From positions 620,001-684,000 of the forward strand of contig CM075988.1 of the NCBI GenBank assembly GCA_038087875.1: a stretch of DNA of 64,000 bases. The letters run 5' to 3'. The DNA comes from Malacoraja senta (taxonomy: Eukaryota). The position numbers were made by a program, and so were the translations under genes. The notes beneath the pieces were generated by a model, which was given only the letters and a program-made list of their open reading frames with translations, was not told where the DNA came from and searched no databases. Positions 22,642-36,593 of the stretch are shown here, one piece after another; the stretch's first letter is position 1, and the number at the start of each line of letters is the position of its first letter.

Positions 22642-25600
22642 TAAGAAAAAAGAGAAAGTGAAGGAAAATCGTGAAAGTGTAAAAACGTGTCAACAGGAAA
22701 GAACAGAGGACCCTGTAGAAGAGAAATTAGAGAGAAAAGATTAAGAGATAGACCCTACAGAAGAAAAAAAGCGAAAGAAGAGAAGAGAGAAAAACAAGTA
22801 CTCTATTACGAGCATCACGCAAATGGGATATACCAACTTGCCACCTTTCATCCCCCTTTACCAAGCCCTGACATCGGTACCATTTTAAAGTACTTTTGCA
22901 CCTTATGCTTGTAATAGTTCTATAAATGAAGACCACATCAGATGGAAGTGATCTGATTTGCCTGCCAGGAGGAGTCTTATCTCTTCCAGGTGTAATGTTT
23001 CAAACATGTTTGAAATCCACATGTTTATAGTTGGTATTGGAGCCATTTTCCAAAATTTTAGGATAAACTTTTTTCCAGTTATTAACCCGTAATCAAATAG
23101 ATTCTTTTTAAACACATTTAGTTCAGAGCTATCTTCCGTTGTTCCGAAGATAATCCATTCGGATTTTGGTGTCAATTTTATTTTAAATAATTTTGTAAAG
23201 ATTTCAAAAATGTCAATCCAAAATTTTTGAATTTTTGTACAAAAAACAAATGAGTGCGCTATAGTAGCTTCTTGAGACTGACATTTATCGCAAATAGGTG
23301 ATACATTGGGAAAGATTTTATTAATTTTGGTTTTTGAATAATATAATCTGTGTAAAATTTTGAATTGTATTAAAGTGTGTCTTACATTAATCGAGCATTT
23401 ATGCACATTTAATAAATGTTCATTCCACCTTACCTTTGAAATTTTAATAGCTAATTTTTGTTCCCAGTCTCTTCTAATACCTTCCGTAGTTGGTATTTCT
23501 ACATTTAAGATAGTATTATAGAAATAAGATATTAAGTTTGCTGATTCAGCTTTTATCTGCATTGCTTCATCCAGTACATCTGGTGGCATGTTATAATGAT
23601 CTTTTGTATATTTTTTCAGATAATCACATCTTTGAAAATATTTAAAGTATTGATTGTTTCCCAGATTATATTTTATTTGTAATTGTTGGAATGATAGTAA
23701 TTTTCCAGTTTCATGCATGTCTCCGAGCGTTTTAATTCCTAATCTTTCCCATTGTATAAATGATTTGTCTATAATGGAGGGTTTAAACGAAGGGTTATTA
23801 ACTATTGGGGATAAAAGCGATAGATTTCTTAATTTTAAATTTTGTTTTATTTGTTTCCAAGTTCTAATTGTACTATGTGTAATTGGGTTTTTGTTATAAT
23901 TTATATTATTCAGTTTCATTGGTGAGAGGAGGATCGCTCCAATATTACAAGAGGAGCAGTCTTCTCTCTCTATTATAATCCAGTCCACCTGCTGGGCAGA
24001 GTTGTCCATCAGTTGAATCATATTTTAAATATTTACTGACCAATAATAGTACATAAAGTTAGGGAGTGCTAAGCCACCTTATACTTTAGGTTTGTTCAAA
24101 TGTGTTCTTTGTATTCTTTGGGATTTATAATCCCATATAAAATTAGTAATGTCTGAATCCAATTTTTTTTTAAACTTCTTTGGTAAATATATAGGAATTG
24201 ATTGAAATAGGTATAGAATTTGTGGTAAAAAGATCATTTTTATTGCATTTATTCGGCCTATTAAAGACATCAGAAGCTTTTTCCAGAATTTAATTAATGT
24301 ATTTAATTTATTAAGTAGAGGGTTATAATTTGCTTTGAACATGCCTTGATATGTTCTGGTAATTTCAATACCCAGGTATTTAAATTTTTCTGTAGCTATT
24401 TTAAAAGGGAATTTTAAGAGATGTGTTGAGTTTCGGTTTTATTGACATAATTTCACTTTTATTCCAATTTATTCTGTATCCAGAAAAGGATCCAAAATCC
24501 TCAATTAGATTTAGTATGTTTGGTATAGTAATTTGAGGTTTTGTGATGTACAATAATATATCATCCGCGTATAAAGATATTTTATTATTTGAATATTTAG
24601 TGTTATAGCCATGGATATCTGGATGTATTCTAATTTTTTCCGCTAAAGGTTAAATTATAAGAGCAAATAACAGCGGTGATAATGAGCATCCTTGTCTGTT
24701 ACCCCTTGATAATTGGAATTTCGAAGATAATATGTTATTAGTTAATATTCTAGCTGTAGGCTTATTATATAATAATTTAATCCATAGAATGAAATTCTCT
24801 CCCAATTGGAATTTTTGTAATACTTTATCCATATAATTCCATTCTACTTGATCAAATGCTTTTTCAGCGTCCAACGAAATAATTGATAATTCTTGTTCTT
24901 CAGTTTTGTGTGAGTGCATTATATTGAGTAGCCGTCTCATATTATTAGATGAATGTCTCTTAGGGATAAACCCCGTTTGATCTGGGTTTATTAATTTACT
25001 AATATATTTACTTAATCTTCTAGCTAATGTTTTCGCTAATATTTTTTGATCTGTATTTAACAATGCTATAGCTCTATATGAGCCCGGTTCTTCTATATCT
25101 TTGTCTTTTTTGAGTATTAATGTGATCGTTGATTCAGCTAATGTATCAGGTAATATTTGTTCTTTAGGCATATTGATACATTTTTAATAAACGTCGTATA
25201 ATTTTGTCATGAAAACTTTTATAAAATTCACTAGTAAATCCGTCAGGACCTGGAGTTTTTCCATTCTTTAATGAATTTATTGTGTCTTCTAATTCCTTAA
25301 TTGAGATTTGTGCACCCAATTCCTCTTGTTCCTTCAACTCTAATTTTGGAAGATTACAGTTATCCAAGAACTCTGTAATTTTATTGGTGTCCATTGTCGT
25401 TTTGGATGTGTACAAATTCTCATAAAATTGCGCAAATCAATTATTAATATCATTTGGTAAAGTTAATGATTCCCCTCTTTCTGATTTAATCTTTTGAATC
25501 GTGTGTTCATTTTCTTGTTTTTTTAGCTGACGAGCCAAAGGTTTGTGTAGTTTATGCCCAAATTCAAAGTGTTCCTGTCTTATAAGTTTGGCTGATAATA

Positions 25601-25921
25601 ATTTATTTGATTTAAATTTCAGAATTATTATTTTATTATGTTTATCCATAGATGGATCTTTAGCATTATCTATATCCAGTTGCCTAATTTGTTCTTCTAA
25701 CTGTCTTTGTTCATTCTTATTCTTTTTATTTTGAAAACCATATAACCATATAACCATATAACCATTACAGCATGGAAACAGGCCATCTCGGCCCTTCAAG
25801 TCCGTGCCGAACATTTTTTTTTTTTTTAAATAAATACTTCCCCCTAGTCCCATCTACCTGCACTCAGACCATAACCCTCCATTCCTTTCCCGTCCATATA
25901 CCCATCCAATCTATTTTTAAA

Positions 25922-28900
25922 TTGAGAGGAGTTACAGGGATGTGGTCACTCCAACACCACAGGAGGCAGGCAATTGGATCACGGTTGGGAGAGGCAAGGG
26001 GCACAGGCAGGGACTAGAGAGTACCCCAGTGGCTGTACACCTTGACAATAAGTACTCCTGTTTGAGCACTGTTGGGGTGGACAGCCTACCTGGGGGTAGC
26101 GACAGCGGCCGGGCCTCCGGTATAGAGACCGGCCCTGTTGCTCAGAAGGGTAAGGAAAAGAAGAGGAGGGCAATACTAATAGGGGACTCTATAGTTAGGG
26201 GGTCAGACAGGCGATTCTGTGGACACAGTCGGGAGACCCGGATGGTAGTTTGCCTCCCTGGTGCCAGGGTCTGTGATGTGTCTCAACGTGTCCAAGATAT
26301 CCTGAAAGGGCAGGGAGAGGAGCCCGAGGTCATGGTACATATAGCTACCAATGACATAGGTAAAAAAAGAGAAGAGGTCCTGAAAGGAGAATTTAGGGAG
26401 TTAGGAGGGGAGTTAAAGAGAAGGACAGCAAAGGTAACAATCTCGGGATTACTGCCTGTGCCACGCGACAGTGAGAGTAGGAATGGAGCGAGGTGGAGGA
26501 TAAATGCGTGGCTGAAGGACTGGTGCAGAAGGCAGGGATTCAAATTTCTGGATCATTGGGACCTCTTTTGTGGAAGGTTTGACCTGTACAAAAAGGATGG
26601 GTTGCACTTGAACCTGAGGACTACCGATATCCTGGCGGGGAGATCTGCAAAGGCTACTGGGGAGACTTTAAACTAGAATGGTTGGGGGGAGGGACTCAAA
26701 TAGAGAATGCTATTAGACAGTGTGTGAGGCAGGAGGCAGAGAAGGAAAGCACTCAGACCCAACATGTAGGGGGGAAAGAAGAAAACAATAATAAACAGAG
26801 AATAAGAGGTGGTGGGGTTCTTAAATGGGTGAGCAGAGAAACAGAGGGGTGTAAAATGCGGGCGGAAGCAATAGGTAGCAAGGTGAAAAGTAAAAGTGGC
26901 AGGCAGGCAGACAAATCCAGGGCAAAAATCAAAAAGAGCCACTTTTCAACATAATTGTATAAGGGGTAAGAGCGTTGTAAAAACAAGCCTGAAGGCTTTG
27001 TGTCTCAATACAAGGAGCATTCGGAATAAGGTGGATGAGTTGAACGTGCAGATAGCCATTAATGATTATGATATAGTTGGGATCACGGAGACATGGCTCC
27101 AGGGTGACCAAGGCTGGGAGCTGAACATCCAGGGATATTCAATATTCAGGAGGGATAGAGAGAAAGGAAAAGGAGGTTGGGTAGCGTTGCTGGTTAGAGA
27201 GGAGATTAACGCAGTGGAAAGGAAGGACATTAGCTTGGAGGTTGTGGAATCGGTATGGGTAGAGCTGCGAAACACTAAGGGGCAGAAAACGCTGGTGGGT
27301 GTTGTGTACAGGCCACCTAGCAGTAGTAGTGAAGTTGGGGATGGCATCAAACAGGAAATTAGAAATGCGTGCAACAAAGTTAAAACAGTTATAATGGGTG
27401 ACTTCAATCTACATATAGATTGGGTGAATCAAATTGGCAGGGGTGCTGAGGAAGAGGATTTCTTGGAATGTATGCGGGATAGTTATCTAAACCAACATGT
27501 AGAGGAACCAACGAGAGAGCAGGCTATTCTAGACTGGGTATTGAGTAATGAGGAAGGGTTAGTTAGCAGTCTTGTTGTGCGTGCCACCCTTGGGCAAGAG
27601 TGACCATAATATGGTTGAGTTCCTCATTAGGATGGAGAGTGACATTGTTAATTCAGAAACAACGGTTCTGAACATAAATAAAGGTAACTTTGAGGGTATG
27701 AGACGTGAATTGGCCAAGATTGACTGGCAATTAGTTCTAAAAGGGTTGACGGTGGATATGCAATGGAAGGCATTTAAAGACTGCATAGATGAACTACAAA
27801 AATTGTTCATCCCAGTTTGGCAAAAGAATAAATCAGGGAAGGTAGTGCATCCGTGGATAACAAGGGAAATCAGGGATAGTATCAAAGCAAAAGATGATGC
27901 ATTCAAATTAGCCAGAAAAAGCAGCATACCAGAGGACTGGGAGAAATTCAGAGACCAGCAGAGGACGACAAAGGGCTTAATTAGGAAAGGGAAAATAGAT
28001 TATGAAAGGAAACTGGCAGGGAACATAAAAACTGACTGCAAAAGTTTTTATAGATATGTGAAGAGAAAGAGATTAGTTAAAACAAATGTAGGTCCTTTGC
28101 AGTCAGAAACAGGTGAATTGATCATGGGGAACAAGGTTATGGCGGACCAATTGAATAACTACTTTGGTTCCGTCTTCACTAAGGAAGACATAAATAATCT
28201 GCCGGAAATAGCAGGGGGCCGCGGGTCAAAGGAGATGGAGGAACTGAGTGTAATCCAGGTTAGTCGGGAAGTGGTGTTGGGTAAATTGAATGGATTAAAG
28301 GCCGATAAATCACCAGGGCCAGATGGGCTGCATCCCAGAGTACTTAAGGAAGTATCTCCAGAAATAGTGGATGCATTAGTGATAATTTTTCAAAACTCTT
28401 TAGATTCTGGAGTAGTTCCTGAGGATTGGAGGGTAGCAAACGTAACCCCACTTTTTAAGAAGGGAGGGAGAGAGAAAATGGGGAATTACAGACCAGTTAG
28501 TCTAACATCGGTAGTGGGGAAACTGATAGAGTCAGTTATTAAAGATGGGATAGCAGCACGTTTGGAAAGTGGTGAAATCATTGGACAAAGTCAGCATGGA
28601 TTTACGAAAGGTAAATCGTGTCTGACGAATCTTATAGAATTTTTCGAGGATGTAACTAGTAGAGTGGATAGGGGAGAACCAGTGGATGTGTTGTATCTGG
28701 ACTTTCAGAAGGCTTTCGACAAGGTACCACATAAGAGATTAGGATACAAACTTAAATCACACGGTATTGGGGGTTCAGTATTGATGTGGATAGAGAACTG
28801 GCTGGCAAACAGGAAGCAAAGAGTAGGAGTAAACGGGTCCTTTTCACAATGGCAGGCAGTGACTAGTGGGGTACCGCAAGGCTCAGTGCTGGGACCCCAG

Positions 28901-31158
28901 CTATTTACAATTTATATTAATGAGCTGGATGAGGAAATTGAAGGCAACATCTCCAAGTTTGCGGATGACACTAAGCTGGGGGGCAGTGTTAGCTGTGAGG
29001 AGGATGCTAGGAGACTGCAAGGTGACTTGGATAGGCTGGGTGAGTGGGCAAATGTTTGGCAGATGCAGTATAATGTGGATAAACGTGAGGTTATCCACTT
29101 TGGTGGCAAAAACGGGAAGGCAGACTATTATCTAAATGGTGGCCGATTAGGAAATGGGGAGATGCAGCGAGACCTGGGTGTCATGGTACACCAGTCATTG
29201 AAAGTAGGCATGCAGGTGCAGCAGGCAGTGAAGAAAGCGAATGGTATGTTGGCCTTCATAGCAAGAGGATTTGAGTATAGGAGCAGGGAGGTTCTACTGC
29301 AGTTGTACAGGGTCTTGGTGAGACCACACCTGGAGTATTGCGTACAGTTTTGGTCTCCAAATCTGAGGAAGGACATTATAGCCATAGAGGGAGTGCAGAG
29401 AAGGTTCACCAGACTGATTCCTGGGATGTCAGGACTTTCATATGAAGAAAGACTGGATAGACTTGGCTTATACTCGCTAGAATTCAGGAGATTGAGAGGG
29501 GATCTTATAGAAACGTACAAAATTCTTATGGGGTTGGACAGGCTAGATGCAGGAAGATTGTTCCCGATGTTGGGGAAGTCCAGGACAAGGGGTCACAGCT
29601 TAAGGATAAGGGGGAAATCCTTTAAGACCGAGATGAGGAAAAACTTTCTGTGACCACGTGGGTGTTTTCCGAGTGCTCCGGTTTCCAACCGAACTCCAAA
29701 GATGTGCGGATTTGTAGGTTAATTGATTTCCGAAAATTGTAAATTGTCCCTCGAGTGTGTAGGATAGTGCAACTGTACGGGGTGATCGCTGGTTGGCGTG
29801 GACTTAGTGAGTCGAAGGGCCCGTTTCTGTGCTGTATCTCAAAGTAAAATCCAAAATCCAAAGTGTACCGAGGCAGAGAAATGCTTGTTTGCTGCTTGCG
29901 ATCTAGTCAGGGGAAAGACTAGACATGATTACAATATTGGATGAAGGGAATAATATTTAGTGCAAGATGAAGTCCAATAAAGTCCATTCTAAGGTAGTCC
30001 GAGGGTCTCCAATAAGGTAGATAGTTATTCAGGACCGCTCTCTGGTTGTGGTAGGATAGAGAACTGGCTGGCAAACAGGAAGGAAAGAGTAGGAGTAAAC
30101 GGGTCCTTTTCACAATGGCAGGCAGTGACTAGTGGGGTACCGCAAGGCTCAGTGCTGGGACCCCAGCTATTTACAATTTATATTAATGAGCTGGATGAGG
30201 AAATTGAAGGCAACATCTCCAAGTTTGCAGATGACACTAAGCTGGGGGGCAGTGTTAGCTGTGAGGAGGATGCTAGGAGACTGCAAGGTGACTTGGATAG
30301 GCTGGGTGAGTGGGCAAATGTTTGGCAGATGCAGTATAATGTGGATTAATGTGAGGTTATCCACTTTGGTGGCAAAAACGGGAAGGCAGACTATTATCTA
30401 AATGGTGGCCGATTAGGAAATGGGGAGATGCAGCGAGACCTGGGTGTCATGGTACACCAGTCATTGAAAGTAGGCATGCAGGTGCAGCAGTGAAGAAAGC
30501 GAATGGTATGTTGGCCTTCATAGCAAGAGGATTTGAGTATAGGAGCAGGGAGGTTCTACTGCAGTTGTACAGGGTCTTGGTGAGACCACACCTGGAGTAT
30601 TGCGTACAGTTTTGGTCTCCAAATCTGAGGAAGGACATTATAGCCATAGAGGGAGTGCAGAGAAGGTTCACCAGACTGATTCCTGGGATGTCAGGACTTT
30701 CATATGAAGAAAGACTGGATAGACTTGGCTTATACTCGCTAGAATTCAGGAGATTGAGAGGGGATCTTATAGAAACGTACAAAATTCTTATGGGGTTGGA
30801 CAGGCTAGATGCAGGAAGATTGTTCCCGATGTTGGGGAAGTCCAGGACAAGGGGTCACAGCTTAAGGATAAGGGGGAAATCCTTTATGACCGAGATGAGG
30901 AAAAACTTTTTCACACAGAGAGTGGTGAATCTCTGGAACTCTCTGCCACAGAGGGTAGTTGAGGCCAGTTCATTGGCTATATTTAAGAGGGAGTTAGATG
31001 TGGCCCTTGTGGCTAAAGGGATCAGGGGGTATGGAGAGAAGGCAGGTACGGGATACTGAGTTGGATGATCAGCCATGATCATATTGAATGGCGGTGCAGG
31101 CTCGAAGGGCCGAATGGCCTACTCCTGCACCTATTTTCTATGAATCTATGTATCTATG
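25922..31158 (+). mobile_element. Near full-length CR1 LINE (ORF1 esterase, ORF2 APE-RT) with an internal duplication
   Basis: ORF1 25942-26676 with SGNH motif LIGDSIVR; APE 26896-27603 (ITETWL, MGDFN); RT 27572-29653 (FADDTK); one frameshift near 27590; TAAA duplication at the ends. Confidence 0.95.
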
Positions 31159-31740
31159 TAAAGGATAAAATCGAACCAGCCTCCACCACTTCCACTGGAA
31201 GCTCATTCCACACAGCTACCACTCTCTGAGTAAAGAAGTTTCCCCTAATGTTACCCCTAAACTTCTGTCCCTTAATTCTCAAGTCATGTCCCCTTGTTTG
31301 AATCTTCCCTACTCTCAATGGAAAAAGCTTATCCACGTCAACTCTGTCTAACCCGCTCATAATTTTAAAGACTTCTATCAAGTCCCCTCTTAACCTTCTG
31401 CGCTCCAAAGAATAAAGACCTAACTTGTTCAACCTTTCTCTGTAACTTAGTTGCTGAAACCCAGGCAACATTCTAGTAAATCTCCTCTGTACTCTCTCTA
31501 TTTTGTTGACATCCTTCCTATAATTAGGCGACCAAAATTGTACTCCATACTCCAGAATTGGCCTCACCAATGCCTTGTACAATTTTAACATTACATCCCA
31601 ACTTCTATATTCAATGCTCTGATTTATAAAGGCCAGCACCCCAAAAGCTTTCTTTACCACCCTATATACATGAGATTCCACCTTCAGGGAACTATGCACA
31701 GTTATTCCTAGATCCCTCTGTTCAACTGCATTCCTCAATT

Positions 31741-34700
31741 TTACTTCGGAGTCACGTGAGTGACTACGTGAAGAACCCCGCCAGTGCGCCTGCGCATCAT
31801 TACGTCAGGCGCCTTGACGTAAACGGACGTGAGGAGCAGAACTCCTCCAGTGGTTTGTAGTTTTTACAACTACAAGGTAAGTAGAAACTTTTTAAAGTAT
31901 TTCCAGGTCCGATTTCTGTGGGTCTATGGGATTTTTTTCAGACGCCATGGAAAAAACGGGCAGGGGGAAGAGGCGTGCGATTCAGCCGGCAGAAAGTCGG
32001 GAATCTCCGGGTACAAGCCAGCCACCTCTAACCCCGGTACAGTCGCCAGCAGTGAGCATAGCGACTGTGGACCTGGGACTGATGAAAACTCAGTCAGCGC
32101 CTGTCGGGCGAAAGGCCAAGTTTAAATCCAGACGGCCCATGGAGGAGGAGTCCCAGGCAATGGAAGCTCCAGGGCTAGATACTGCCTTTGTGCGTATTAG
32201 CCAGATGGAAAGCCTTCTGCATAAGCTATTGGAGCAAAGTACACTCAAGGAGGAGTGTACTGAAATACAAACCGCTGGAAGCAGCCTAAACAGCACCTGG
32301 CACAGGGCTGATGGAATGCACCCTCAGAGATGAGGAGAGTGCTATGGGTCATGAGAGTTCAGACCCCGACTCTGACGGTGAGGCTATACAAGGTGAAGAA
32401 CTGCAGATACCAGATATTCCACCACTGGCAGTACGCTTCGCTGCCCCGTCAGGGTCAGGAGAGCCACTAGGAGATGAGCTGGCCTCCTTAATAAATTACT
32501 TGGTTTCCCATCAGCTGGAACAGCAGGAGATGGATGATACTGCAAGAAAGCATGAGACCCCAAGCAACTGTGTGTTGCTGAAAGCACCAGCAGTGAATCA
32601 AATCATCTGGAATCAATTGAGTATGACTATGAGAACTCAATAATTAAAATTGCAGAGAATATTAAAGCTGCTGGGTTTTGGAATTACTGCTTTTGCCAGA
32701 ATAGCATGGGGTTGCTATGCAGCACCCACTTCGAGATCAATTGTCCGAGGCAAGGTGCTATACGGCCTATTATGAATCCGAAATTCGCAGCACTCTACAA
32801 GCCAAGTAATGTACAATTACCCAACTTACTCTTTGGAGAGGATCTCGAGAGATGTGTTAAAGAGTTGGAAGATGAAGCGAAAACAGGATTGATGAAAATA
32901 TCAATGGTTGTAAAGTCTGTAAAGAGGAATATCCTTTCAGACGTCATACGGATCCTGGACAGGACCAAGTCGCTCATTAACGCAGGGACGTAGCTGGCAG
33001 CCTGCAGCGGGAGCAAGAACCAGTGGGGGTGCTTCCGGGAGAATCCAGGAATCTCAGAGTACTCAAATGACTCAAGAGGTAGGTGGACCTGGTTCTCATG
33101 GGAACATACTAACTGGATTAAGTCCAAAAGTTGGAGGCAGATTATGTCTCTTCTATAAACAATTGGAAGATTACTTCAGATGTGGTAATTCTGAATAGTA
33201 TACAAGGATTTCGAATTGAATTCAATCCAAATTATGATTTGCCTGTCCAGCATGTTCCTAGAATTCTCCACTTCTTCGGCATGGACTTGAAAGGCCGAGA
33301 TGGCCTGTTTTCCTGCTGTAATTGTCATATAGTTTGCACAAAAAGAAGTGATGGAGGTTCAAGCTGCGTTTAAACCCTATATATAAAAGGTGTTATTGAA
33401 GAATCGGTCTACCAAATTCACCAATTTGTGTTAAATATATTCCCTCGATCAAAAAAGGATCGAGGATGTGGGATTATTCTAGACTTGACATGTCTGAATC
33501 CTTTTGTTTAATTTAAACATTTAAAAAAAAGACATTTGTGACTGCCAAACAACTTATTTCAGAAGCATGTCATATGGCAACTATAGATTTAAAAGATACA
33601 TATTCAGTATCTTAAATTTACATGAATGCACCAGTTATGGCAGTTCAAAGCTTTGCCTAATGGGTTAACGTCCGCTCCCAGAATATTCGCAAAATTATTA
33701 AAACCAATTCTGGGGTTGCTAAAAAGCCAGGGCATATTTTGGATGATGTCCTGATTATAGGAAGGACAAAACAGTCAACAGAAGCATCTGTGGCAGTTGT
33801 GAAATCAAATTTTGAAAGTTTGGGGTTTCTAATTCATCCAAAGGAATCAAGGTTAACACCATGTACCTCGATTGATTATTTGGGGTTCACAATTGATTCA
33901 GTCAAAATTAAAATTACTTTGCCCAGTGAAAAAAGGGTGGAGTTGATTAAAGATTGCAGTAATCTGGTAAACGAGCAAAAACCCTCAATCAGACAGATGG
34001 CTCGAGTACTGGGAAAATTAGTAGCAGCATTCCCAGCAGTCCAATTCGGACCATTACATTATCAACAGCTGAAGAGAGTTAAAGAACAGGCACTTAGAAT
34101 GCATGAAGAAGGGTTCGGCCCAAAACGTTACCTATTTCCTTCGCTCCATAGATGCTGCTGCACCCGCTGAGTTTCTCCAGCATTTTTGTGTACCACTGAG
34201 AATGCATGTTGGTCATTTTGATAGGACCATGCAACTGACAACAAATGCTGTTTCTGATCTGCAGTGGTGGATTCTACATGTCCCAAGCAGTTCGGGCAAA
34301 GTGCTGATTGAACAACCTTCCATGATATTATAAACTGATGCCAGTGCACTAGGATGGGGTGCAACTGACTTAGCATCTAGCTGCGGAGGCAGATGGAATC
34401 AGGAAGACTCATTGTTACTGCAGACATGGGCAGTTAACTATTTGGAGTTTTAGGATGTTTCTATGGACTCCAAGGTTATTGTTCTAACACAACTAAAAGG
34501 CATGTTCAAGTTCAGATTGATAAACACAACAGCAATTGCCTATATTAATGATATGGATGAAATCAAGTCAGGGTCATGTGACAAAATGGCTAATCAACTT
34601 TGGACTGGGTGTATTGAAAAGAATATTTGGATTTCAGCTATCTATCTACCAGGTAGAATGAACACGATAGCAGACACCAGGTCACGAAAGTTGCATGATA

Positions 34701-36593
34701 ATAAGAATGGATGTTGAATCGAGAGGTATTCAATGATATAGTAATCAGATTTGGAATGCCCGACATTGACTTGTTTACATCTAGACTGAATCATCAGCTA
34801 TCGAGATATGTCTCATGTGAATCAGATCCAGGAGCAGTGGCGATTGATTCTTTCTCGCTACATTGGAGTGGTATGTTGTCATATATATTTCCACTTTTCT
34901 GCCTTATACGCCAGTGTTTGCTTAAAGTCAGGCAAGATGCTGATTCAGGTGTATTGGTAATACCAGATTGGCCTACACAGCCATGGTATCCGTTGATATT
35001 AGAATTAACAACACAAATGTTGATGAAAGTCCCCAAAAGGAGTAATTTATTGCTGCACCTTGTAACAGGGAAACAGCATCCATTATATGATCGTTTGGAT
35101 TTGCAGGTTTAAGAAGGCCTTTTCTGGGGCGAGGACTGTCTGAGCATACTGTGGACATGCTTACGGCAGCCTGGAGGAAGAGCACTCCAAAAACAGTACC
35201 TTTCTTATATTAAGAAATGGGAAAAGTTCTGTGTACAAAAGAATTTGCAATATAGTACTGCAGATATTTCAAATGTTTAGAAAATCTGTCAAAACTCTAT
35301 TATGATGAAGGTCTGAGTTGTAGTGCAATTAATTCAGCCATAAGTGCATTGCCCTCATATTTGGTACTAGATTCAGAAATAAACCCAATTGGGTCACACC
35401 CAATTCTTTCCAGACTAATGAAAGGAATCTTTAATTCCAAACCACCGAAACCTAGGTACATGACAATCTGGGATGTAAGTGTGGTACTGAAACTACTTCG
35501 TGAATGGTCACCAAGTGTGTCTTTACCTTTGGTCAAGCTCAGGATGAAAGTATTCATGCTTATGGCATGAGTGACAGCACAACGAGTGCAAACACTTGGA
35601 AAATTACAAATAGACACTATGGAAGTAACTGAAGACAAGGTTACATTCTATATCTATGACCTATTAAAGCAAATTAGGTCAGGTGTGAAAGGATTTAAAA
35701 TTATGCTAGCAGCATATCCAATGATCCTTGTCTCTGTGTTAAGACATATTTGTGACAATGCATTGAGGTCACAAAGAATTTAAGAAATACGGAAACTGGG
35801 TTGTTAATCACACACAAGAAACCACACAAGAGAGTTTCAATACAGACTATTTCCTGATGGATAAAAGAAGTCATAACAGCTGCTGGTATTAACACTTATG
35901 TTTTTACGTCTCACTCGGCTAGGGCAGCAGAAAAGTCGGCGGCCAGGGCAAAAGACGTCCCCGTCGACCATATCCTCGCAGCCGCCGGATGGTCCAATGA
36001 GTTGATGTTTCAACATTTTTACCATCGGCCTATTGTTAATGCGGGATTGTGTGCAGAAACTATGTTAAGTTCTGTGTAAATTCCTCTGGTTTATAGGGGA
36101 TCTGATTAATTTCATTATTGAAATGAATTACTGCATTTGTGGGACAAATGTTATTATGAATGCATGATTGATTATTCTCGTTCCGAGTCAATCCATGCAG
36201 TGAGAAGCCGGGATTGATCCACGGCATGAAATCACAAAGCTTTAAAATCTTCACGTAGTCACTCACGTGACTCTGAAGTAAAATAGTAAGATTAAACGAG
36301 AACTTACCTAAGTTTGAAGTTTGATCTTTATTTTATGAGGAGTTACGTAGGTGATTACATGCCCGCCACGACCCTACCCTCTATCATAAAGGTCAGATGG
36401 AAGTTCTTGTATTACTCGTTTAATTATGAGACTATATTACTTCGGTTGTTGTTTTTTGTGATTTCACACCGCTGCTTTGAAGATTGACGCGCAGGTGCAC
36501 TGGCGGGGTTCTTCACGTAATCACCTACGTAACTCCTCATAAAATAAAGATCAAACTTCAAACTTAGGTAAGTTCTCGTTTAATCTTACTATT
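31741..36593 (+). mobile_element. DIRS1-like tyrosine-recombinase retrotransposon, termini complete, ORFs disrupted
   Basis: ITR cores at 31765-31795 / 36489-36519 and ICR at 36248-36358. Contains gag-like 31926-32993, RT (QFKALPNGLTSAPRIF, LDDVLI), RNase H (TDASALGWG), methyltransferase-like 34711-35112 and YR (TAQRVQTL, HSARAA, AGWS..FQHFY). Confidence 0.95.
36248..36358. repeat. DIRS internal complementary region (ICR)
   Basis: Reverse complement of the left terminus (31741-31774) joined directly to the reverse complement of the right terminus (36517-36593). Confidence 0.95.
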
